From: an uncultured Candidatus Bathyarchaeia archaeon
Lineage (GTDB): Archaea; Thermoproteota; Bathyarchaeia; Bathyarchaeales; Bathyarchaeaceae
Direction: 5' to 3'
Length of the DNA stretch: 64,000 bases
NCBI GenBank assembly: GCA_964623205.1
Contig: CAZUQX010000010.1
Coordinates: 5,152-69,151 of the forward strand
The notes under the pieces are model-generated. The model was not told the DNA's origin. It saw only the letters and a program-made list of their open reading frames with translations, and ran no database searches. A program made the position numbers and the translations under genes. Shown one piece after another: positions 56,695-64,000 of the stretch (the first letter of the stretch is position 1; every line of letters starts with the position of its first letter).

Positions 56695-56781
56695 GCTCCC
56701 ATCTCTGTTGATAAAAACTTTCTATATTTTTGAAATATGAGTGGAACTTATTAATCGTTCCTAGCGTTATGGCAATCGTTA

Positions 56782-57273
56782 GTGGTGGGTAATTGCAAGT
56801 GCGGCAAAACTGAAAACCTAAAAGCAGCACACAACCATATCTTCCATCGAACTCTGGAGTGCCGTTCGTTGATTTTGCGTTTACAGCCCCACCATCTTGA
56901 TTTGTTGAAGCAAGAAACAAGGAAGGTACACCCAGTTGAGGCCTGCGCTCTGCTCTTCGGAAAATTATCTAAGAATGAAGCTTTTGTGGAAAAGGTTGAG
57001 GTCGCTCCAAACGAGTTACGGTCCACGGTAAGGTTTGAAATTGACCCTATGAGGGTTGTTGCCACTTTCAATGAGGCGGAGGAAGAGGGTTTAGAGTTTA
57101 TAGGTCTGTTTCATTCTCATCCAGCCCCAGCAGTCCCTTCACCGATTGACCTCAAATTCATGAAATTATGGGGGGACGCCCTCTGGCTAATCCTGTCTTC
57201 AACTGACGGCAACTTGGCTGCATATCAGATCAAGGACGATAAGGTAGAGGAAGCAGCTATAAGAATCGAATAG
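56782..57273 (+). CDS. JAB1/MPN/Mov34 (JAMM) metalloprotease
   Basis: It has E in EACALLFG and the JAMM motif HSHPAPAVPSPID. The true start is probably a downstream TTG (around 56869), giving ~134 aa. Confidence 0.8.
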   Translation: MVGNCKCGKTENLKAAHNHIFHRTLECRSLILRLQPHHLDLLKQETRKVHPVEACALLFGKLSKNEAFVEKVEVAPNELRSTVRFEIDPMRVVATFNEAEEEGLEFIGLFHSHPAPAVPSPIDLKFMKLWGDALWLILSSTDGNLAAYQIKDDKVEEAAIRIE

Positions 57274-57303
57274 CAAAATCTTACAAAATGAGGAATAAAC
57301 CAA

Positions 57304-58524
57304 TTGATTCATTCAGTGGATGTGGTTATTGTCGGGAACGGTGTTGCTGGCGTAACAGCGGCAAGCATCACAAAAGAGAAAAATCCGGAAGCAAGAGTTT
57401 CCATTTACACAGATGAAAGCCATCATTACTACCCTCGCCCCAGACTATATGAAGTTCTGTCTGGGAAAGCTGAACCCCGAGAAATCTACATGTTTTCTGA
57501 GAAGTGGTATGAAAAGAGGGAAATCATGGTTCATCTAAACACGAAGGTGCTAAGCATTGATAAAGACAAGAAAGAACTATTGTTGGAGGATCGGTCAAGA
57601 GTAAGCTATGACAAACTTCTCTTGGCAAACGGAGGCCACTCATTCATTCCCCCCATCAACGGTGTGGAAAAGGCTGGGGTTTTCACTCTACGCTCCATCA
57701 GAGACGCCCTGACCATAAGAGAATTCACGAAAAAGACGAAAAAAGCCATTGTTATTGGCGGCGGGCTACTAGGTTTGGAATTCGCTGCTTCCTTGAAGAA
57801 ACTGGGACAGCAGGTAGAGGTTATAGAGATATTCCCACGGTTATTGCCGAGGCAACTAGATCAGGATGGAGCAGCGATTTTGAAGAATCGAATTGTATCT
57901 CGCGGCATAAACATTATTTTAGGCGCCAAAACCGTTGAGATTTTGGGCAGAGATAGCGTTTCAGGTATTTTGCTTGAGAGCGGAGAAACGATTTCTGGAG
58001 ACCTTGTTCTGATTTCAGCAGGAGTGAGATCTAACGCCGAGTTGGCTTTGGAATCTGGAATCAAAGTTAACAGAGGAGTCGTGGTTGACAGTTATCTTCG
58101 AACTAGTGCCGAGGACGTTTATGCTGTGGGTGATGTAGCGGAGTTTGAGGGAAGAGTTTATGGCATAATTCCGGCTGCGTTGGAACAAGCGAGGATAGCA
58201 GTCACGAACATTCTGGGGGAGGAACAAAGGGTCTATACAGGGACTGTTCCATCCAACACATTGGATGTTGTTGGCATAGACCTAACTTCCATGGGAATCG
58301 TCAACCCCGAGGAAGCAAAGTATGAAGAGGTTAAAAAAGTAGATGATGAAAAAGGCGTCTACAAGAAACTCGTTTTGGACCAAGGAAAAATCGTGGGAGC
58401 CATATTCTTAGGAGACAGAAAAGGTCTCACATCAATAAAGAGACTCATGACCCAAGAAATAGACATCACCAACTACAAAGACTCAATCCTAAAAGATGGC
58501 TTTGACCACAAAAAAGTAACCTGA
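57304..58524 (+). CDS. NAD(P)/FAD-dependent pyridine nucleotide-disulfide oxidoreductase (NADH oxidase/rubredoxin-reductase-like)
   Basis: It has VVIVGNGVAGVTAA, a second Rossmann motif (IVIGGGLLGLEFA) and GDVAE. Confidence 0.8.
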   Translation: MIHSVDVVIVGNGVAGVTAASITKEKNPEARVSIYTDESHHYYPRPRLYEVLSGKAEPREIYMFSEKWYEKREIMVHLNTKVLSIDKDKKELLLEDRSRVSYDKLLLANGGHSFIPPINGVEKAGVFTLRSIRDALTIREFTKKTKKAIVIGGGLLGLEFAASLKKLGQQVEVIEIFPRLLPRQLDQDGAAILKNRIVSRGINIILGAKTVEILGRDSVSGILLESGETISGDLVLISAGVRSNAELALESGIKVNRGVVVDSYLRTSAEDVYAVGDVAEFEGRVYGIIPAALEQARIAVTNILGEEQRVYTGTVPSNTLDVVGIDLTSMGIVNPEEAKYEEVKKVDDEKGVYKKLVLDQGKIVGAIFLGDRKGLTSIKRLMTQEIDITNYKDSILKDGFDHKKVT

Positions 58525-58586
58525 AAGATTGCACATGCTGTCACAGAGGGAACTTTTTCAGATTCGAGTGCAACCTTTGGCAGCTT

Positions 58587-59588
58587 TTATTCTTCAGCGT
58601 CCTCAACGCCTTTCTCCGTGATTTTAAATCGCGTCTTATTTTCGGGTAGGTTTGGAGAGTCTATAACTGTAGCTATCCTAGTTCCTTTTCCCCCTTTACG
58701 CAGGTAGACTCTGTGCGTGCAAGCGTGGGCCATGACGTTTCCGCCTGCGGGTCTGTTGGGATCTCCGAAAAATGCTGTAGGGTTTGCTTGAACCTGATTC
58801 GTGACCACGACAGCTATGTTGTATGCTTCTGTTAGCCTATTCAGCTTGTGAAGTTGGCTGTTAAGTTTCTGTTGGCGCTCGGAAAGATTTTCTCTGCCAA
58901 CATATTCGCCTCTGAAGTGACCAATCATCGAGTCTACGACAACTAGTTTTACGTTGTTTTCTGGACAAAACTTGAAGAGGTGCTCTGTCAACAAAGATTG
59001 ATGGCTGCTGTTGTATGCTCGGGCTAGAAAGATGTTTCCCAAGGTTTCGTGGGGATCAAGTCCTAGCGCCTCAGCTATTTGGTAAACTCGTTCAGGTATG
59101 AATGTTCCTTCCGTATCGACGTAAACAGCGTTTCCATTTAATCCTCCCTTCCCTTCTGGAAGCTGGACCATAACGCAGAGCGTCAGAGAAATCTGGGTTT
59201 TTCCTACTCCATATTCGCCTATGAGTTCGGTCATGGCTTGGGTTTCGATTCCGCCTCCCAAAAGCTCGTTTAGGTTCTTGGAGCCCGTGGAGCACTTGAG
59301 CATGTCCTGTCTCTTTTTCCACAGTTCCTCTGCTGTTATGAAGTCTACACCCAGAATTTCTCTGGCGGCGGATACAATGTTAAGGATGGTATTGAATCCG
59401 ATTCCCGTCTTTTCCGTTATCTCTCTGGGTGGAGTTACGGCAATTGCCTCTGCCGTTGTGAGTCCGGCTGATTTTAGTTTGTTGGCTGTGGCGGGTCCGA
59501 CGCCGGGAAGGTTTTTTAGATCATTATCTTCCATCTCAATCTCACCTTTTTCAAGAGTTAAATCATCAATTCGATATTGGATATGCAA
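58587..59588 (-). CDS. radA: DNA repair and recombination protein RadA
   Basis: It has the HhH motif LPGVGPATANKL, Walker A (GEYGVGKTQ) and Walker B (LVVVDS). The probable start is the internal MEDNDL. Confidence 0.95.
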   Translation of the reverse strand: MHIQYRIDDLTLEKGEIEMEDNDLKNLPGVGPATANKLKSAGLTTAEAIAVTPPREITEKTGIGFNTILNIVSAAREILGVDFITAEELWKKRQDMLKCSTGSKNLNELLGGGIETQAMTELIGEYGVGKTQISLTLCVMVQLPEGKGGLNGNAVYVDTEGTFIPERVYQIAEALGLDPHETLGNIFLARAYNSSHQSLLTEHLFKFCPENNVKLVVVDSMIGHFRGEYVGRENLSERQQKLNSQLHKLNRLTEAYNIAVVVTNQVQANPTAFFGDPNRPAGGNVMAHACTHRVYLRKGGKGTRIATVIDSPNLPENKTRFKITEKGVEDAEE

Positions 59589-59762
59589 TCTTCGATGAGT
59601 TGTTTTAAACTCTGTGGCACAACATATGACTACAAAGAGGGGGGAGACCAGTGAAAGTAATTCTATTTTTTCGGAGAGAGTAAGGTATATTTACTTTTGT
59701 TTACTTACAACCCTTCCAAACTGATGTTAGTTTAATATAAAGGCAGAGAAGATGGTTGACCC

Positions 59763-60260
59763 ATGGTCTTGACGGCTAACTATCGGCTTCGACAATTTAA
59801 GCCCTCTGATTTGGAAGGGGTAATTCGAATAAACCGAGAATGCCTTCCCGAAAACTACACAACCCTCTTTTTCATGAATTTATACAAACGCTTCCCAGAA
59901 ACATTCATCATCGCTGAAGCAAACGGAGAGATAGTGGGCTACATTATGTGCCGTATCGAAACCGGAATTCCAAGTTTCAAAGTGTTAGGAATAACAAGAA
60001 AGGGTCATGTGATCTCCATCGCTGTTCTGCCTGAGCATCAGAGGAAGGGCATAGGTTTTGCGCTTGTACAAGAGGTGATGCAAGCCATGATAAGTTACAA
60101 GGTGAAGGAGTGTTACTTGGAGGTTAGGACAAGCAATTCACCCGCTATAGAGCTTTATAAGAAATTGGGATTTGAAACCACGCGTACAATGAGAGACTAC
60201 TATGCGGACGGAGAAGATGCTTTCCTCATGGCAAGGCAACTGCACCTTTCTCCAGAATAA
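59763..60260 (+). CDS. rimI: GNAT N-acetyltransferase, RimI/Ard1-type
   Basis: It has the acetyl-CoA motif QRKGIGFAL and LEVR.SN..A..LY.K.GF. Confidence 0.85.
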   Translation: MVLTANYRLRQFKPSDLEGVIRINRECLPENYTTLFFMNLYKRFPETFIIAEANGEIVGYIMCRIETGIPSFKVLGITRKGHVISIAVLPEHQRKGIGFALVQEVMQAMISYKVKECYLEVRTSNSPAIELYKKLGFETTRTMRDYYADGEDAFLMARQLHLSPE

Positions 60261-60382
60261 ACAACAAGTATCAATTGTTAAATTCAATCATGTTTTTCCT
60301 TTTGTTACATGACTCAGGCAATTAGCCACAGGATTCCCCAAAGAAGCAAATTGCAGAAAATTTTTTTCCTAAAAATAGAAAT

Positions 60383-60554
60383 GCCCGAGATGGGTCGAAG
60401 CCGAGGCAGACTAACCAAGCATCGTTAGCCATCCAGCTGCCAGCCGCAATCCGCCTCAGTTGATGCGATCGCGCGAGACAGACTATGACCAACTGCTGGG
60501 CAACCAATCTTGCCTAGTTGACCTATCCAAGCGTGCTCCCCAACTCGGGCGATC
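60383..60554 (-). ncRNA. Candidate structured non-coding RNA of unknown class (~170 nt)
   Basis: It is a GC-rich island in an AT-rich intergenic region. The termini GCCCGAG/CTCGGGC pair, extended by UGGG/CCCA. Internal hairpins include CAACUAG-GCAAGA-UUGGUUG and CAGUUG...CAACUG. TATATA at 60576-60581 lies ~26-31 nt upstream of the minus-strand 5' end. The 3' end is followed by UUUCUAUUUUU. The overlapping ORFs look non-coding. The strand assignment is tentative. Confidence 0.4.
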
Positions 60555-61011
60555 ATGTATCTTGGATTTGTAATCTATATAGGTTATCAAAATGAGAGTT
60601 AGCATAAGATTGGATAAGAACAGCGATTTTTGACAGATTCTTTTGCATCTAACAACATTAGTTTGAATTTTCACTTGGCGTATATATTAAGCATATAAAG
60701 AAAATGGGCTGTCAAAGCGCATTTCACTCTTTCTTTCTTGAAAATTTTCACGTAGCCAAATAAAACAGGTTATGCTAAGGCTACAAATTAGCGGAAAGAT
60801 AGGGGACAGCAGATCTATTTTCAGCTTTCATCATTGTACCGAAATATGCCAAAAGAGAGAAAGCAAAAGAAGGCAACAAGCAGAAAAGAAATTTCGGTGG
60901 AAGAATATCTGAAAAAGTTGCCTCCCCTCCTGAAGAACATGCCATGAGTTAAAGATGGAGAAACGCCTCAAACGCCTGATTGAGGAACAAGAGAAGACGA
61001 ACTGAAAGCAG

Positions 61012-61320
61012 TCAACCACCATGAACCATTGGAACCAGAACAACTTCTTCAGCGTCTTTGACCTCAGTATCAAGCCCCTGTAACGCGCTAATCTCCTTTC
61101 CTCCCACGAGAATGAGAGAATTTGGTCTGGGGTCCTTAAGCCCTGAATCAACTAAAACTCGCTTGAACTCGGATGAAAAAGTTTCCGTAAGCTTCATTAT
61201 GACTTCTCTAACGGTTGCAGGTTCCTCCAAATTCACCTGAAAGCGTTTTTTGCCGGAAAGCCGTTGGAATATTCCTAAAAACCTAACTTCTACGTTGACA
61301 ACCATAGCTAACTCTCTCAT
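61012..61320 (-). CDS. MoaD/ThiS-fold ubiquitin-like small protein ending in Gly-Gly (SAMP-like)
   Basis: It has a C-terminal ...VLVPMVHGG and a beta-grasp pattern (VEVRFLG...EVVLVP). It forms an ATGA overlap with the upstream 127-aa ORF. Confidence 0.75.
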   Translation of the reverse strand: MRELAMVVNVEVRFLGIFQRLSGKKRFQVNLEEPATVREVIMKLTETFSSEFKRVLVDSGLKDPRPNSLILVGGKEISALQGLDTEVKDAEEVVLVPMVHGG

Positions 61321-61700
61321 AAACTACTGGGGTTTTCGCCTCCCAAAAGCTCCACTATCTCCGATGCAAATTCAATTATATCGCTCACTTGTGTCAGTGT
61401 CTTTTCGTTATCCGATGTAGAGTTATGTGCCAATTGTTGGAGGGCTTTTTCGATTTCGATGAGCAAGTTCAAAATCGGCTCTTTAATATCCTGTCCTGTG
61501 TAGAGGGTCTCATGGACTATCGGCACAATAAAAGCGGGATCCCCCAGGCTATAGTAGATAGATGCTTGGGCTTTGGTCAAGGCTTCCATGATAAAACCTG
61601 TTGCCATGTAAGGCGTTTTTTTAGCCGCGGTCAACTCTGCTTTTGCTTCTCTGAGATAACGTATTGCCCAGCCTTTTCGATAACCATCCATCGTTAACAA
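61317..61700 (-). CDS. Hypothetical helical protein, translationally coupled to the Ubl gene
   Basis: The 127-aa product is all-alpha by composition and vaguely HEPN-like (YLREAKAEL.AA...EALTKAQASIYY). It has no catalytic motif. Confidence 0.45.
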   Translation of the reverse strand: MLTMDGYRKGWAIRYLREAKAELTAAKKTPYMATGFIMEALTKAQASIYYSLGDPAFIVPIVHETLYTGQDIKEPILNLLIEIEKALQQLAHNSTSDNEKTLTQVSDIIEFASEIVELLGGENPSSL

Positions 61701-61820
61701 TCCGGTTGCCTCTCTCTATCTGTTTACTTATTCATGAGAAATACGTAAGTGATTATAAAAGATTTGACGGAACTTACCAAAGAAGGAACTGAACAGCCCC
61801 ATTCGACTTGGTAAGTTTCT

Positions 61821-62039
61821 CTATTCCTCCTCAGTTTCGGGAGCTTCAGAACCATAAATTGTGCTTGCCAATCGGGCGGTGTAACCAGCTACACGGTTTC
61901 TCAGTTTCGTTGAAGAAATGTTTGTGAGGGCTTCCACAAGTTTTTTGTTGTTTTCAAAATCAGTTGTAAATCTGTCCGGATACTTGTCTAACAGCTCTCG
62001 AGCTATCCTCTTCACCTGCTCAGTTCGCACTTTCCCCAA
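61821..62039 (-). CDS. rps17e: 30S ribosomal protein S17e
   Basis: The sequence is [35 protein letters not shown]. Confidence 0.9.
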   Translation of the reverse strand: MGKVRTEQVKRIARELLDKYPDRFTTDFENNKKLVEALTNISSTKLRNRVAGYTARLASTIYGSEAPETEEE

Positions 62040-62079
62040 ATCTCAACATGTCCTCCATGCAAGCGGTTCTTTCACTTCT

Positions 62080-62910
62080 TTAGACATGAATCCCCTCATC
62101 ATGCCTTTTATCCCTTACGCCTTCCACTCCAAAGAAATCTGTGAAATTCTGGAAAATCTGGTCAGCAACCTCACTTTTCTCCTTTCCTTTCAGCTGAGCT
62201 ATAGCTTCAACTACCGTGGGAATGAAAGCAGGCGTAGTCATCTTACCTTTAAATGGACCCCTGAAACGGACAGGCCCATCCGTTTCTGTCATCAGATTCG
62301 TTAAGGGTATGCGCCTAATGACCTCGCGGATACCCGTTGAAAATACTGAGGGCGGTCCCTCGGTGATGTAGTATCCTCGGTCTACGATTTTTGATATCAG
62401 GCTGTGGGGTCGGCTGAACCAGTGCAGCAGAACTTTCTTGACTGTGTACGATGGAAGAAGGCTCACAATCTGGCTTGTGGTTCCCCTAGAATGTATTATT
62501 ACGGGTAAAGACAGCTTCTCAGCCGCGGAAAGCAGTTTGTGGAAGACCTGCATCTGGATTTCTGTGGGTTCTCCGCTTCCCGAGTAGCTAGAATCTAATC
62601 CTATCTCCCCAACAGCAATCACTCTTTCCCTGTTCTCTCCATTTTCGAAAATCAGATCGATTGTCTCTTGTAATTCGTCGGAGGATAGATTTTTGGTATT
62701 CCACGGATGAATTCCTAGAGCAGCGTATACCTGATTGGGATGTTCCTCAGCTAACCGAAGGCTTTGACGGCTTGTCTCTAGATCCATGGAATTTGAGACC
62801 AAAGCAATAACGTTTGATTGCTTCGCGTCTTCCACAATTTCTCCAACTTTCTGTGAATAATCACTGTCTGAAAGGTGAACGTGGGCGTCAACGAATTTCA
62901 TGGCCAACAC
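62080..62910 (-). CDS. tatD: TatD-family metal-dependent hydrolase
   Basis: It has FVDAHVHL, IGEIGLD, IIHSR and TETDGP motifs. Confidence 0.9.
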   Translation of the reverse strand: MLAMKFVDAHVHLSDSDYSQKVGEIVEDAKQSNVIALVSNSMDLETSRQSLRLAEEHPNQVYAALGIHPWNTKNLSSDELQETIDLIFENGENRERVIAVGEIGLDSSYSGSGEPTEIQMQVFHKLLSAAEKLSLPVIIHSRGTTSQIVSLLPSYTVKKVLLHWFSRPHSLISKIVDRGYYITEGPPSVFSTGIREVIRRIPLTNLMTETDGPVRFRGPFKGKMTTPAFIPTVVEAIAQLKGKEKSEVADQIFQNFTDFFGVEGVRDKRHDEGIHV

Positions 62911-63302
62911 TAAAGTTCTTTTAACTCTTGACAGGTTTCCTTGGAGCTAAAAACTTTTCTGCTAGTTCAGTTCAGCCACTAGCCTCTCCAAAGTTTCCTT
63001 TACTCGAAGAATATGCCGTAACGTTTCTTCTGAGCCCTCAAAATCTCTAGTTGCCTCTTCACACTGTCTCAGAACACCTTGGAAGGCTCTTCGGCAACGA
63101 AATCTCTCCAAACCCTCACCGATTATCTCGGTTTCATGGAAGAGGCTTAAAAGACAAGCGCTTCAACGAACAAGACTACCCTGAACAGACTAGAGTGAAA
63201 GTAAAAGTAGCAAACTTCACAGTTAACCAGCTTTTCTGCAACGATGCAGCTAAGCTATGAGTTAGAAGACCTCCTGTATGAAGATTCGCTGAAATAGGAG
63301 AG

Positions 63303-63719
63303 TCACTCAGTGATTGTTTCTAATTCTATCTTTATCGGTATCTTATCCTCAAAGATGGATACAACTGGACAGTTTGCTTCGGTTCTCCTCCAGACAGCTT
63401 CAATTTTTTGTTTTCTCGCTTTCGCTACTACAGTAACTTTCATGTTTACGCCTGTCAATTTTGGGGAATCAGCAGGCTTTTCCGCTTCTGCCATGGCCGT
63501 CACTTTGCTGAGTTCCACTTTGCTCTTTTTGCAAACATCAGCAAATATTGTTACGGCACAGTCAGCCAGAGCCATAATAGCTAACTACAATGCGCTTGGT
63601 CCCGTATTGTCTCCACCTTTTGCAGTTCCCAAGTCCAACACTATACTATGGCCTCGAGAATTATCTGCGATTGACCGAACATTTTCCACTAATTTCGCTG
63701 TTGCTTTAATTGTGGGCAT
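63303..63719 (-). pseudogene. osmC: OsmC/Ohr-family peroxiredoxin-like gene interrupted by one in-frame TAG (63585-63587)
   Basis: An ATG at 63719-63717 opens MPTIKATAKLVENVRSIADNSRGHSIVLDLGTAKGGDNTGPSAL. A TAG follows, and then in the same frame comes LAIMALADCAVTIFADV... (ORF 63303-63575). Together they form a ~138-codon OsmC-like protein with the G.sP.ELL..AL..C block. Confidence 0.75.
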
Positions 63720-63864
63720 TTTTCTCACCAATGATTCTTGATGTTACGCTCTTTTCTAAGTTAAATATTTTGGGTTCTAAGGAATTTTCTGAGGCTGGGT
63801 GAGAAACTAGTCTTTATTAAGGTTTATATTCGGGGCTTTTCACTAGGGTTTTTAGGTGGATGGT

Positions 63865-64000
63865 ATGAGTGAAACACTAGATGACCGGGTGAAAAAAGCT
63901 CTTGAAGAAGTGAGACCTCAATTGCAGGCTGACGGCGGAGACATCGAGTACGTGGGATTTGATAACGGCATCGTGAAAGTGAAACTGAAGGGATCATGCA
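63865..64000 (+). CDS. NifU C-terminal (Nfu-type) domain protein, 5' part truncated by the window edge
   Basis: The sequence is MSETLDDRVKKALEEVRPQLQADGGDIEYVGFDNGIVKVKLKGSC... with GGTGGA upstream. Confidence 0.75.
   Translation, partial: MSETLDDRVKKALEEVRPQLQADGGDIEYVGFDNGIVKVKLKGSC

Noticed and set aside
60322-60674. Minus-strand ORFs 60322-60507 and 60483-60674
   Set aside because: The translations look non-protein-like and overlap the GC-rich structured element, so I interpret the region as a candidate ncRNA instead.
63051-63260. 69-aa plus-strand ORF, and a ~50-codon ATG-less minus-strand frame, between tatD and the osmC-like gene
   Set aside because: There is no SD, no family resemblance and no canonical start for the minus-strand frame. 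The evidence for a gene is insufficient.

Overview
This is an archaeal chromosomal segment. By inference it resembles the TACK/Bathyarchaeia group: it carries TFB, Orc1/Cdc6, RadA, KEOPS subunits, RNase P proteins, r-proteins S8e/L15e/S15/S17e, SMC-ScpAB, the proteasome beta subunit and a TFE-beta-like protein. Most of the window is densely packed housekeeping: information processing, Fe-S assembly (TusA-IscS-IscU), Moco synthesis (MoaC/MoaB), nitrogen metabolism (glnA, nadE, Lrp/RAM proteins) and a ZnuABC-type metal transporter. I found one tRNA (initiator Met) and no rRNA, CRISPR array or recognisable IS element. The best candidate for an undescribed system is a translationally coupled HNH nuclease + radical-SAM gene pair (36601-38209, minus strand) sitting between unrelated operons. 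Other items worth a second look: (1) two otherwise intact genes, a membrane PAS-PAS histidine kinase and an OsmC-like protein, are each interrupted by a single in-frame stop (TGA and TAG respectively). (2) A 27-nt inverted repeat pair with a palindromic core, plus a third core copy, brackets an AT-rich islet and nadE. (3) The intergenic region after nadE carries alternating purine-pyrimidine and tetranucleotide repeat tracts. (4) A GC-rich, ~170-nt structured non-coding candidate has its own TATA box and oligo-T tail. (5) An operator-like motif is shared upstream of two distant secreted-protein genes. (6) A 38-codon desulforedoxin gene lies below the ORF-track cutoff. All functional calls rest on motif and family recognition by eye; no database search was run.
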